Assembly: GCA_965113315.1 (NCBI GenBank)
Contig: OZ220373.1
Length of the DNA: 64,000 nucleotides
Origin: Podarcis vaucheri
Lineage: Eukaryota
Direction: 5' to 3' (one strand)
Below are positions 21,201 to 34,872 of this stretch, piece by piece (position 1 is the first letter of the stretch; every line of letters begins with the position of its first letter). Under the pieces are notes generated by a model, which saw only the letters and a program-made list of their open reading frames with translations, was not told where the DNA came from and searched no databases. Position numbers and translations under genes: made by a program.

Positions 21201-22084
21201 GTGATATTCTCTGCCAGGTACAACCAAATGAAAATTTCCCGGGATTAAATAGGTAGTATTTATAAAGTTTAGCCTTGATATTCCAAGGAAAAGACTGAAA
21301 TAAGTATTGAAAGTTTATCTTCAATTTTCACAGCTCAAGTAAGATTGCCAGACTCCATTTGGACAAAAGCCTATACACCCGTAATTATGCTTATTATTAA
21401 TGTGTGTTATTGGCTGCAGCTCCACAGGATGGAACAGCTTTCGAACTGCAGCAGCAGAACTTGCCCCAAGCGTGGTGGATTTAAAGGGGTGAGTCACCTG
21501 TCCAAAATGGAATCTGGCAACAAAGGAGTGAATCCAACGAGCATTTCTGCAGCTGGAATGCCATTCACTCCAAAAGATTGATCCAAACTAAAATTAAACA
21601 AAATTTTCTAGCATTACATAAATGTTTACTAGTAAACGTAATAGCAGTATGCTCTGGAATAAAGCCGCTTCTAAGGCTCCAAGTGATTGCTTTGAAGAAC
21701 TAGCGGAAGCCGGCAAAAGACCTCATGCTAGCACAACGAGGGTTCTCCCCACTCTCCTCTCACTGCATGCCCCTGGAGTTTCCCCCAAATCTGCTCTGGA
21801 GGCTCAGGAGTATCCCCATGGGGGAAGGAGGGCAGAGATGGTTCTATCTGGCAAGCAGAAACACTTGCAGTGATGTTGCAGTAGTGCAACATTCACTTCC
21901 ACCCTATGTATATTACGTTTGTTACAGTATTACAAAGCAAGTTCTAGCTCCCAGTACTAAATGAAGGAAACTGTATTGCACCTTCACAGATGCATACTCA
22001 TAGAACGAAACATGTTATGTTGCAAACCTGTCATTTCAGTTTCCTTTTCCCCAAGGAATTGGGACCTTTGATTTTTAAATTGTT

Positions 22085-22540
22085 CATAAGTGGTCCAGTT
22101 AGGGATGAGCAGTGTGGCAGTCAAGCTGGCTAATGATATCAGATTGTTCAGAATGGTTAAAACAAAACAAAAAAATGAATTGTGAGGAACTCCAAAACAA
22201 TCGCTTGAAACTGAGTGGATGGGCAGCAAAGATGGCAAATAAATTCAGTGTAAACAAGTGTAAAATAATGCACATTGGGGCAAAAGTATCCTAATTTCAC
22301 ATACACACCAAGTCAAGAGAAGCTGGGGTTGCAGTGGATAGATTGATTAAGATGCTGACCCAGTGTGTAGCAGTTGTGAAAAAGGTGAATTCTAGCAATC
22401 ATTCAGAAAGGGACTGAAAATAAAATGGCCAATATAATAATGCCATTCCACAAATCTATGGTGCTACCATACTTTGAATACGGGGTACAGTTCCAGTGAA
22501 ATCACCTTAAAAATTCTATCGTAGAGGTGGGAAAGGTTCA
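22085..22540 (+). mobile_element. Old CR1 ORF2 (RT) fragment, degenerate
   Basis: Translates in pieces to CR1-like CEELQ...KLSGWAAK...FSVNKCKIMHIG, with frameshifts and stops. Confidence 0.75.
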
Positions 22541-23204
22541 TATTTGAAATGCAGAAAGTTGCCCTGAATGTATGTACCACGTTTCATTATGATATCTTTG
22601 TCTCTAAAGCACATATCATAGTGCGTTATACCTTGTATTTTATCCCCTCATCCTCTGAAAATGGGTGCAAGGATCCAGCTGGTATTCCAATCTGAAGCAA
22701 ATAACAGTTGCCCTTAAGGTGTATACCAAATTTTATTCTGATATGTCAATATTCAATGGTGTTATCGCATTACAGACTGGCAAACAGATTTAAACAGAAC
22801 GATACACCGCTGAGTTAAACTGATGGCCTCACTTCACTTAGCCAATGATCTACAAGCAAAAGGAGAAAACACATCCTGACATTGTCCTCACCAATAAACC
22901 TAACATATGTTTTGAATATCTTCTTAAGCGTAACCCTTGAGTAAATATGTTGCTAAGGGCTGCAATTCATTCCCAGTCTCAGCTGCTGATTATGAACCAC
23001 TCAGTCTGAGATTATGATAGCAGCAGATCCCCTTGATTGGATTATAGCATTAAGGCTCTGTTCTGACTTTTGCATTCATGCACGTGTACTGTGGTGTCTC
23101 CCTGGCCCAAAACAGTGTGCAGTCACATGAATGGGTTCACTGCCAAGCATTTGACCACAAAGGAGCACGATGCACATAAAATATACACTACTGCTACTAC
23201 AGAT

Positions 23205-23597
23205 AAGAGGAGAGATTCAATTCAGTTTGTATCTAAACTTTCGGGAAAGACAGCTAGTCTTCAAAATTCATACATATCCAAATTTTGCAGTCTTCCAACC
23301 AATATTTACAAGAATGAAATGGAACACACAGATAAAGATATTAGTGAAAAAGAAATACAAAAATGCATTGCATTAGGGGAAATTGTTTGCAAAAATGTGT
23401 ACATTAATCAAAACTGTATATAAAAATGTGTTTATTGGGAGAAATTGACTTCAAAATGTTGATGAATGTTCAGGGGTGTGTGTTTTTTTAAGCATTACCT
23501 GCTGCAAAATGTGGAGAACTGTATTGAAGTGTTTTTTTGGGGTGGGGTGGGGCGTGAGAAATGAGAGAACCAAAACTGCCAGACCCTTCCATCCCTA
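23205..23597. mobile_element. Degenerate interspersed repeat (GAGAGATTCAATTCAGTT...CCATCCCTA type); related pieces near 31490-31590 and 62310-62525
   Basis: Shared A-rich GGGGAAATTG...AAAATGTGTATATTAGGAGA motifs among the copies. Confidence 0.45.
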
Positions 23598-23857
23598 ATT
23601 GCTATCTCCTTTGCACATGTAGGATCAAATAAAATTCTAACTGAAATAGAAGAAACCCCATGGTGCGTCTGCAGCAGCACAACCAAATGCCTTTATCTGC
23701 CCCAGCGGCAACAAAACATGCCTCTCCCATATTGGTCTCTACAGCAGGCACTGCAATCTGTGACCCCCTAAAGCTACACTCCTCCATTGTCTCCCAAGAA
23801 AGATGGGTGTCAACAACATCTATATGATATATAAAATAAACTTGTGACACTCTTTGC

Positions 23858-24212
23858 TTAAGGAGTGATATGATAGCCATGTTCAAATATATAAAAGGAT
23901 GTCACATAGAGGAGGGAGAAAGGTTGTTTTCTGCTGCTCCGGAGAAGCGGACACGGAGCAATGGATCCAAACTACAAGAAAGAAGATTCCACCTAAACAT
24001 TAGGAAGAACTTCCTGACAGTAAGAGCTGTTCGACAGTGGAATTTGCTGCCAAGGAGTGTGGTGGAGTCTCCTACTTTGGAGGTCTTTATGCAGAGGCTT
24101 GACAACCATATGTCAGGAGTGCTCTGATGGTGTTTCCTGCTTGGCAGGGGGTTGGACTCGATGGCCCTTGTGGTCTCTTCCAACTCTATGATTCTATGAT
24201 TCTATGATTCTA
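23858..24212 (+). mobile_element. 5'-truncated young CR1 LINE
   Basis: ORF2 C-terminus MIAMFKYIKG...RFHLNIRKNFLTVRAVRQWN and (ATTCTATG)n tail. Confidence 0.95.
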
Positions 24213-24499
24213 AGTTATATTAATCTAAAAATCTTTACAGCATCAGGGTCCCAGATTAATGATTATGAATTATTATCCTAAATAAATAATATTGCTTTGG
24301 AATTGTTGTCATGAGCAGTGCATACAAACTTGTGCTCTCCTTCCAAGCTGCATCCCTTCCCCATGTATTAAATTGGTGATATGTAAACTCAAAATATTTA
24401 TATGTCTCTATTCCCCACATCTGAGCTCCATGGAAGTTCAAGACACCATGCATGAGAAAAGAAACTACAAGGGAAGTAGAAAGCATGATTTTGTCAGTA

Positions 24500-24669
24500 C
24501 AGTAGTACCTCAGATTACAAACACCTCGGTTACAAACAGAAATCGCACGCTGGCGGTGCTGTGGCAGCAGGAAGCTCCATTAGGTAAAGTGGTACTTCAG
24601 GTTAAGAACAGTTTCAGGTTAAGAATGGACCTCTGGAACAAATTAAGCACGTAACCAGAGGTACCACTG
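24500..24669. mobile_element. Tc1/mariner-type MITE, internally deleted copy
   Basis: TIR CAGTAGTACCTC/GAGGTACCACTG with TA flanks. Same family as 34169-34410, in the opposite orientation. Confidence 0.85.
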
Positions 24670-25354
24670 TAGTCATTTCTTTACATCTGTACAAAAAATG
24701 AAGAAAAAGATATGCACTAGACTGAAGGGAAAACCTTTTGTACAATAGGCATTAGAAACTGTTCAAAGAACTGTTCGTCCCTATGCAAAGATTACTCATG
24801 TGATGCCAACAAGGTCAGACTCAGCTTGGTCATGTACTGTAAAGTGCTAGACATCATAAGTCAAAAGCTGTCTTTATTCCCATCCCACCACTGAGTACTG
24901 CCATGTTCTTAAATATAACACTGTGAAGTTCAGATAGGTGAATAAAATTCCAGCATCTTAAAAGAAAGTCGGCTACTTTTCTTCTTACACATGCTTATTA
25001 ATCTGTGCTGGGGATAAGATATAAAGACATTTTAGGATATTGTCAATATATAGGCAATGACCAGCTGACATGTGACTGTGCATGTGTGGATCACAGTGAC
25101 CGGGAAGTCACTGGAAAAGGGAGCAGAACAGGGGGCGGAGTGAAGGCACAATGGGGCATAACAGGACTGTAACCCCCATGCAAATTGGTCATTACCTGTA
25201 TTCTAGATGAGACTGCATGGTGTCGTGCAGGGCTAATAGTCACCAGGTTGCCCTCTAGATGTCTAATCTGCAAGTTTCATCAGCTGCTATCAGTATAGAT
25301 AACAATCAGGGATGATGAGAGATGCAGTCTGAAACCAACCACGTTGATTACCCC

Positions 25355-25560
25355 TGGTGTGGTGGTTGGAGTAGAAAAAGGGAGACCCAAATTCCAATTC
25401 CTACTCAGCCACGAGGCTCACCTTGGGCTGGTTGCCATCTTAGCTTATCTGATTTTGTGGGGTCGCTGTAAGGATAAAATGGGGGATGTGGGGAGAGAAT
25501 AATGTACATGGTCCTGAGCAACTGAGAAGAAAGGGGGGAAATAAATGTTACAAATAAACC
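25355..25560 (+). mobile_element. Degenerate tRNA-derived SINE (Squam3/MIR-like)
   Basis: TGGTGTGGTGGTT...GGGAGACCCAAATTCCAATTCC head and AAATAAA-rich tail. Confidence 0.5.
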
Positions 25561-28500
25561 TAAGTATGCTTTCTAAAGCCAAGTGAGGATTCTCAGGTAA
25601 GATCCTCCCTCTATTGTGTGGGCAGGTAATCACTCCCCTACCTGGCCTGATCTCCTTGGCAACGCTTCCCCCAGGTGGGATTGGACAACTGACTGGGGTA
25701 GGCGGAGACCTCCAGGTATCCCACCTGAGGGAAGGCAAAGCCAAGCCTATGCTGATGGAGCCGCTCTAGATCCAGGGGCTGCGCGCATCCACGCAAAGAT
25801 CGCCCGCCGTCTTATGCGGGGAGTGGTCATTGTTTCTGCCATTGATCCTGCTCTCTGCATTCAGAAGGCAAGGTGACAAGGATCCTTGCTGCATAATCCT
25901 ATACAGGTCTACCCACCCAGGATCAAAAGCAAGCCCTGTTGTGTTCTATGGGACTTATTCCCAGGGTAAGTATATATGAAAGGGTCACCTGTGTTGTGCC
26001 CATGTGCCCTCAAAGGCCATCCCTGGTGCCCACTGGGTCCCCCTCTCCCATTGAAATTATTCTTGAAAGAAGCATTCTATTGTCGCAGACAGCCTTGGTT
26101 GTGTGGTGTGTGCGGTGCCCACAATAGCTTTGGGCCCCCAAAGGTTGACAACTCTTGGGCATGGAAGCCTCAGTGACTCATTGTCTCCCTCCTCTCCCCA
26201 GAAAGAAAGACATTATGTCAGGAATGTGAATCCTGCTATGTCTACCCTGATTACTAAGCAAGGAGAGGGCTCCCTACATCAACACTCCCAAAAGATCCTC
26301 CTCTCCCATTAGGTTTACAGGAGGGACACTTCCAGCAAATCTGGGCCCAATTTGGGGCCACAAATTGCAACCTAGCTTGCCCCCTTCGCCGGGCCAGACA
26401 GCAGACAAAAATGAGTTATCACACCCCCTCCACACACAATCTTTCTTTCTCATGAACGAACAGCAGCTCAGTTGAAAATCTTCACTTAAAACAGGGCATG
26501 TTCTTGTCAGGCTAGTTCCTATACTCTTGTCAGTTGCTAATCCTGGGTTGCTTTTTTACAGTCAGAACCACTGAGCTGGGGACCTTGAGAGATCATTAAC
26601 ACTCATCCCCAAAGCCATAGCAAAACACTTTTGGGGACAAAGCCTGGGCCATTCACTGTTTCATGCATATGATCGACTAGTCTGTATTAAGGGACAGTCC
26701 CAATATTCTGGTAACCATCCCTGGGCAATCACACTGTATACAACCTATAGATGCACACAGACTGAAAAGCAGGGGACCTAAAACAGTGCGTGTGGGGAAT
26801 GATCCACATCCTCAAGCTGCCATTCCTGAGTGTGGTAAAGCGGGGGTATGGGGGTGTTGAAGAAACAAGCTGGCATGGCAGAATTGTGTTTTATGTTCCA
26901 AATGATTATTTTCACAAATGATCTGAGGTTTCAGTGTTTTTAAAGATAGTTCGGTTCAATGCAATTATGGGCTGCCAGATGCACTTACAATAAATTTAAT
27001 CAAAATGTCCATATTCACAAATCAGAAGCATAGCAATTTTGCAACTGTGAATCAAAACAGATGAGCACATATCTTTATTGACTTGTATCCAAAGATGATA
27101 TACCATCAAGGCATAGAAAATATTTCAGAATGCCATAATAAAAGCTTGCTCGCTATAAGCCTTTGCTATTAAAAATGCACCATGTTTTGTCTGGATGCTC
27201 AGGATGAAGATGAACAATACGATATGTCAAAACCTAATGTGACATAATCAGTGCCAGATCTAACGTATAATTCAAAAAGCCTAAATCAAAGCAGGCCTAT
27301 TACTCTCCCTCCCTCCCCATCGAGGTGTACCAGAAATTTTGCTAAATGACCTCCAACTTCCTTATTCCTTGTAATCTAGCAAAACAAAGTTGCCAATAGT
27401 AGGAAGCCAGACAACTAACCACGTAACTGCATTGTCCAACCCATGTGACCTGACCTGACCAGAACAATACACCAAAATATTTTTAGTTTCACAGGAACTA
27501 AATATAGTTCTGTCGAAATGTAGGTATTTACGTCAGCTTCCCCTGTTTCCTCCATTTTTTCTTTAAATAGCATGTTTGTAATATACATCGCTCACAACAA
27601 ACAGCAGCATGATTTGCTCGCCAGAGTACACAGCACCATCTACCCAGGAGTTGTGTGCCAATGCACAGAATACCCAAACTATCATATTAATTTACATTAA
27701 GTGGCAAATTTGATATGAAAAATGAGCTTCAAAAATTTTAGAAGCATGGCTTCTGCTAATACAAAACAGGGAAATCTCTATACAGCTTGAGCAAATCAGC
27801 CCGAAAGCACCGATTCCATGTGGATTCATTACTGTGCTTCTCATACATAGAAAGCACAGTCAAGTGGAAGTAGAAGAAAATCAGTTTTCTTTTGGTTCAG
27901 GGTTTACAACGTATGTATCAGGTTCCCCTGTAATATCACCCACACTAAGACTATGTACACATTACCAGCGGTTTGGGAGGGGTGGAGGAGTGCATCAAAG
28001 CACACTATTTCCTAAGAAACAACTGCAGAGATACAGGATAGACATGGATTGTGGCTAATGTTGTATGCACATCACTTCTCAAACTAGTAGTGGGACTGTA
28101 CTGGATACAGAGTAAGTGAGAGTGTGTACATCGCCTAAAAACCCTCCTATTTTGTGGGTATATGGCCCTCCTGCTGTCCCCAGCAAGTAACAATTAAATA
28201 AAACAAACCAGTGTAGATTGACAGAGCTACGGAAGACCGAACATAATAACCTTTTGACTTCCCTGAAATCCTTTGGTTCGGGACCTTAACATGTGATGCT
28301 CCATGTTGTAATACATCTGATAAAATCTGCAGTACAATAAAACAAATAATATTCCTTTTTTGTATCTGAAAACAAGATGTTAGGAGCAGTGGGCAGAGAT
28401 AGGAGATACGGAAGACTGTAAAGTCTTATGTCTGCTTTACAAAAAAATAAAATAAAATCATGGTGGGTGAGCACAGGCTTTTGTTATGCCAAAGGCTTGA

Positions 28501-29756
28501 TCACTTGCTTATCTCATATACAATGAAGAGATTCATAAAGGGAACATGGTGTGCTTGGGTTCACTTGCCTGCCAAAATGAAGTTCAAAGACAGCATCTTG
28601 AAAACATCCCAGATCCACATTGTTATAGGCCTTTGAATGCTGCAGTGTTGTCTAAAAATCAAACCCTTGCTTCAAAACGTCTGCAGCTAATTTGTTAAGC
28701 TGAATGTACTCTTGTTTGAGACGGTGAGCATTCTCAACAGCTTGAAAGTGACAGAGGAGCACTTCTAGAGGGAATTGCAATAATCCTTGTCCCACTTCTA
28801 AGAGGCCGTGTGTGGCATCATGAGGTCACAGCAGGATAAATAAGGACAGAATCTACACAAACTCCAAAAACAATTAACAACACCTTTCTAACTGATTCAG
28901 CTCTCAGACTGACACAGAAAAAATGAATATCAGGCCTGGGTCTTTTTGTTTTGGTTTGTTTTTTTTAAAAAAACCATTAATTTACTGATGAAGGTTTTCT
29001 TCTTACTGTGATGGTAATCCAACAGCTCTGAGATGTGCCACTTTGCACTGCTGGCGGCGGCGGCGGGGGGGGGGGGAGAGCATATAAAATTAAATATTGC
29101 TCCATACAAACCAACAAATAATCCTACACATGGAAAACAAGAGCATCAGAGAGAAGGATAGTCCAGAACTTTCCCCCCTGACATAAAGTTTATTTTCTGG
29201 GGTTACTTTATTCTTATGCTTTTGTATGGAGAATTGTTCCATTATGTGAGACCCACACAATTAGGTTTCATTTTCATTTTTTTAAAAAAATATTTATTTG
29301 GATATTATGGATAGCAATTCATAGCAACTGTTGCATGACTTATAAATGGATGTAAATGTTTCTACCAGATTTATTGCTTTTGGTGGAACTGTTGCCTTGG
29401 AATTGTTTAATTATAAATTAAAATATTTGTTGCTTATTTAAAGAAGTGCCTCAAATAAACTTATATATATATTTAAAAAGCATACAATACATGTGTGTGT
29501 GGTTTTTTATATTAAAAAAGTTATGAACTGAAAGTGTTGCAATCATATGAAAAGGGCACATCCAACCCCACCCAACTAAAAGATGAAAGCCAATTAAGAG
29601 TGAAATGTCTGGGTGAATAGGAACTTCTTCATGCATCTCTGTGGGGAATATGCTTCAGTTGGAAAGCCACCACTGAGATGGCCCAATCTCATGTTGCTAC
29701 CCTCTGAAGCTCCCTCAGAGGGGGCACATGAAGAAGAGTGTCAGATGATGAAATCA

Positions 29757-29950
29757 GTCAACAATCTGGCCCCTGAATTCTGCACTAGCTGGAGTTTCTG
29801 AACTGTCTTTGAGGTAATCTAATCTAGAGATTATCAGAGCACAGACAACGGAAACTAGGCTATCCCTGGCCAGGTAGGGTTGCAACTGACAGACCAGCCC
29901 AAGCTGATGGAAGGCACTCTGCACCAATGAGGGTTCTTCTGCCTGAGGCA
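29757..29950 (-). mobile_element. L2 LINE ORF2 fragment
   Basis: Translates SAFHQLGLVCQLQPYL...LVSVVCALIISRLDY, typical of the L2 ORF2 C-terminal region. Confidence 0.8.
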
Positions 29951-31336
29951 AAACGAATGGATCCAGAAATCCACTCAGGCCTCCAATGACGGTAATGATC
30001 CCAGAGGTCTCCCCAAACTGATTGCATATGAGCAGGAGCTCACACAGGCTTTCTTTTCACATATCCACATGTCACCTGAAGATATTGGGTGGGCAGTTAG
30101 GTTGGTAGAGTCTAAAAGCTTCTTGCTCTCCACACTTAGGTTGTGCATGTAAGTACCACATGAACAGGGTGAAGTATCATTACCTGCTTAATACCTATGT
30201 ATCAAGCAGCTGTTAAAGGCACAACTGCAGAGCCATTTCAAAAGCCGGCAACTCTGATCTTCAGCAACTGGCCTAGGACTTTGCTGCTTACAGATCATGC
30301 TACCCAGGGTCGGATGATGAGACTGTTATCTGCCAAGCAAATTTCAGCACGTCTGTGGTGCTTCAAATAGAACTGTTATTCACTCTATGCTTGACACAAT
30401 AAAATATAGTCAGCTAATAATTCTGGCATGAAGATAGGTAGCCAGTAACATATACCATGTGAACTTCTCAGACATGCATCAGGCTGACTTAACTCTGTAG
30501 TCCTGACAAAGAAAAAGACTTCTGCATGAATTTTCAGTTTGCCTGTTGAGTCCAACCACTTCTGAAGGGCACCATCATGGCTACCCCTGCACAGATACAG
30601 AATGCTGAATTGTGAATCAGGAAAATAGCATTCTTATCATGACTAAGTCATGGATTTGTACTGTGACTTTCGTTGCAAGACATTAAGCCCCCAGCTCTCT
30701 TCTGCAAATCTAGAAGAATAACTTCCCTCATAGGTTTGCTGTGATGATAACTATGAAAAGAACTGGAACGTACTTTAGAAATTATAAAAGTTGAAAATGA
30801 ATAACCTTCAAACAAATGCAAGTGCTAGCTCTGTTCAAATACTTCAGTGTTCTTACTGGATCTAAGAACATCAGCCATACTGGTCAGGGTAATTTAATCC
30901 CATATCTATCAATGACAAATGAAATAGTGATGCTACCCAGGAAGACTAAACTCTCTCTTCTTTTCCTTTTTCTGAGAGGGGAATTTCTCCCCCCCCCCAA
31001 CTCTCTGGCCCAAAATGGAGAAATTGGCCATTCTTCTATCTTTCTTCATCAAGTAAAATAAACTGAATTCACATGCGCAGTCAAGCAGTAATCTAACATG
31101 TGAAAGAGCAATAACTTTGGATCATGTTAATTTTCCTCCATGTTTATTGTTTACTGGGATGAAGCAAGCAAGCAAGAAAGCAAGAAAGGAAGTTTCAGCA
31201 AACTATAGTTAAAATAAACCACAGTTCAGAAATAATAGTAAACTAATTAACTGAAAGCAGAAGCAAAAAAATCCAAACTCCTCTTCTTAGCTTCAACATA
31301 GTTTGTCAACATCTAAACACTTACTGGGATAAAGCA

Positions 31337-31342
31337 AGAAAG

Positions 31343-31381
<39 letters not shown>

Positions 31382-31397
31382 AGAAAGAAAGAGAAAG
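31337..31397. repeat. (AAAG)n microsatellite
   Basis: Direct reading. Confidence 0.95.
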
Positions 31398-33290
31398 ACT
31401 ATTTCAACAAACAAATTTAAGAGTCTTTCTCTTAAATTACAATAATGCTTGCTGTCTGTTCGTATACATGTCTACCAGAAATAGGTGAATCTGTCACATT
31501 TTGGTTTCTCGGTTTCTCTTTTTTCAATCTTACATTCAGTTCTTAACATTTCTGCATCAATTTTAAAGTCCTCATGAAAACCCACCAGTGCAAATTTAAC
31601 AGTGAGTTGGTGCAGAAAGAATTGAACTGGATGGGCAAAACTTTCGACTCAGTAGAAGGAAACCTCTTATTCGGTTTGCAATCTCTGTCTTCAGACTCAG
31701 TCTAAATACAGACCTGAAGCCTAATTTTGGAAAGGGCTTTGCAGGCAGTTGGTCGCAGCTTCGGTGCCAAGGATTTCCAAGTATGCCTGGGAGAAAACCA
31801 TCCCTGAAACCCTGGAGATCCACTACCAGGCAGTGTGGACAATGCTGAGCTAGAGGGATCAATGGACTGACTCAGTATAGGAAACCTCTTATGCTCCTAA
31901 TTGGCTTTAAAAACTCCCCTGTTTTAATGTGAAGCAGGAGGGGCTCCTGTTTGAGAGAGCCAAATATCCTCCTTAGGTCTGTGGATGTAGTTGTGTGGTT
32001 CTTCATTCCAGGACACTCTTGCTATAGGCCTGATAATAAAGCCTTCCTTCTGTTCATTGCAGTGAGACCAGTTTGTATTTTTAATTTGTATTTTATACCT
32101 ATTTTCCTTGATTTGCAAACACTAGGCTATCCTAAGTTATCTTGGGACATGAATCAGTTTGCCGCTCTATTTCTAACATTAGGTGCATTTGCGATGATGG
32201 CTTGAATAAAAATATATATAAGACATTAGCATACCAAATCGTACAATTTCATCCACTACACATCACATTTCAGTAGTAAATGATGGATAGGTTTGATAAG
32301 TAAGTATTGGATATATTTCCACTTCCTCCAAATACTTAAACTCCTGTTTCCCCCATATGGCGTCAAACTTTCTGAAAACATAATACCCCTAGCCAGACAG
32401 GCGTTAAAGATGAGAACATATAGAAACTAGTGGATCATTTAATTCTTTCTGGACATTTTCCATCTGGTTGCTTAAGGTTGCTTTACTTTAAGAAAAATTG
32501 CCACCGACAGATGGAACAAGATGTTGAAGCACCAAAATTCATTAACAAATTTCTCAAGGTTAGAATAAGGCCCAAGGGGATTTCTCACTGTCTTTCTCCT
32601 TTCGTTATGTGATATTCTATAGATGTTGTTTTGCATCCATGCTTTGAGGTTCCAGTGAATGCATATGTTAGGAGAGCTCCCAACCATTATTTTATTTTAT
32701 TATTTAAAATATTTGTTAACCCCTTTTTGCCCTCATTTTCTCAATTTACCTTTTTATGTAATCCAGAGAAAAATTGCATTTGTGTCTCAATCCATCAATC
32801 TTTATCATGGTCAAAGACCAGGCAAAAGAAATAACAACAATGACATGTATAACTACATCAGCTCCAAGGGGTAGAAGCAGTAGACAAAATCAAAAATTTC
32901 ATGTATACTTATTTACATTAAAAGGAACACTCCATCTTTTGAGGTGGCTGGGGTCATGTATACCCCTTTCCCACCATTCTATACATCATCTCAACCATGG
33001 TCCACACCCTGAAGCATTCTGGATACATGCTTCATGGGGCAACTCCTCCCATGATGATATTTCCAGATCAGGAAGCACAGCCAGCCAGGGATAAATGCTG
33101 ACCACTCCATTTAGCAGATTACAACAGCTGAAGTTTCAAAACAGCTAGAAAAGCAAAGATTTCTCTGTGAAGTTGCCGACTAAGACATAAAAAATGCTGA
33201 AATAGGCTTCAAACAATACTTTGCAGGACCACACACCATGCTGTGTCCCTATACACTCAAATGTGCTTGGGAGCTATGGAGATCAGATCA

Positions 33291-33292
<2 letters not shown>

Positions 33293-33330
<38 letters not shown>
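33293..33330. repeat. (AC)n microsatellite
   Basis: Direct reading. Confidence 0.95.
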
Positions 33331-33332
<2 letters not shown>

Positions 33333-34168
33333 CAGGGAGAAATCTGACACAGTCAGGGAGAGGGGGATCACGTTCAGGTGGACTCACACCTTGAACAGCA
33401 AACTCAGAATTGGTGAACACTACAATGAACACCACACAGCAAGCACATGTAGACATGGGTAAAGAAATGTCAAGATAAATGCTTTCCCCGCTCTACTTGA
33501 AACAGAGTCTGAAGAAGAGCATGAACTGGACTGGCAAAGTTCTAACCTATCATTACAACTGTACCAAGTCTCCTTGGTGGGCCACCATCCATGAATAATA
33601 CATATTTTGGGACAGCTTCACAAAACAAGCTGTCTGTTCCCAAGAAAGGCATGACTAAAGAGTTGCATTTCACCACTAAAGAGGGTGGTCCTTCCCTTTC
33701 GGAAACAGAGGCTGCTGGCAAAGGCTTTGCAGGGTATTTTTAAGTGCAAAATGCCCACGCTCGTCATATCTTGTCTGCACCAAGAGATTTTATATATATA
33801 TATTTCTGCCTCTAATGCCGTTTCCTTAATTTCCCATGGTATAACCGCAGGGAAGAAATTGTTTTCCATTCCAGTTTTATAAAAGCTATCTTTGTCTAAA
33901 TGAAAATCATAAGTGATGAATGATAAGGTGATTTTTTTTCCTTTTCTTTTTTTAAAAAATGAATAGATTACATGGGAAGTATTTTGCTGCTGTGAGTTAT
34001 ACAACAGTGTTTACTACCACTGGAAGACGGAAGATAGATATACCAAGAGCAATTGCCTAGCTGAAGTGTGGAATGTATTTACTTTTATTTATTGTATTGC
34101 TATTCTATTCTACCTTTTCTTCAAGGAAATACACGTGTGGGATACATGTGATCAAGCCCTGTCTACTA

Positions 34169-34410
34169 CAGTGGTACCTCAGGTTAAGTACTTAATTCGT
34201 TCCGGAGGTCTGTTCTTAACCTGAAACTGTTCTTAACCTGAAGCACCACTTTAGCCTATGGGGCCTCCTGCTGCCGCCGCGCCGCCGGACCACGATTTCT
34301 GTTCTCATCCTGAAGCAAAGTTCTTAACCTGAAACACTATTTCTGGGTTAGCGGAGTCTATAACCTGAAGTGTATGTAACCTGAAGCGTATGTAACCCGA
34401 GGTACCACTG
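34169..34410. mobile_element. Tc1/mariner-type MITE (242 bp)
   Basis: Perfect TIR CAGTGGTACCTC/GAGGTACCACTG, TA TSD, and internal repeated TAACCTGAA motifs. Confidence 0.92.
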
Positions 34411-34686
34411 TACTGCCTTTTGCCACACCCACTGCCGGCATGCAGCCCTCGATTCATTACCTTCAAGAGATTCAAAACAGATTTCCCATCCCTAATATAG
34501 GGTATAAACTTGCAGTCAGTTGGTCATCTTGAGTTCAATAAGATAGATAAGTATGTTTAAGAATACAGTCCAAGAACTAATAACCAATATTCAGACACTC
34601 CATGAGGTATGCCTTTTGCTGGGTTGGACTATTTCTGACTGTAGATAAACTACTAAATGTTTGATGTTTAAGGCAAAGTTGTCTTA

Positions 34687-34872
34687 GGTTGCAATCCTAT
34701 ACATACTTACGTAACTGGGGGGATAATCCCCAGTGAACACAATGGAAAATACTTTGAAGTAAGCATGCAAAGGATTACACTGTAAGGCTTCAATCAAATG
34801 CACTCATTTTGGGAGCAAGCTCCACTTAGTTCAATGGGGTTTATTCCTGAGTAAACATGTGTAGGACTGCAC
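34687..34872. repeat. Two tandem copies of a ~90-bp palindromic repeat (GCAATCCTAT...CTTAC...GTAA...AGGATTGC)
   Basis: Imperfect hairpin units; related copies near 9210, 18010, 25890, 35430-35567, 49650 and 51190. Confidence 0.6.
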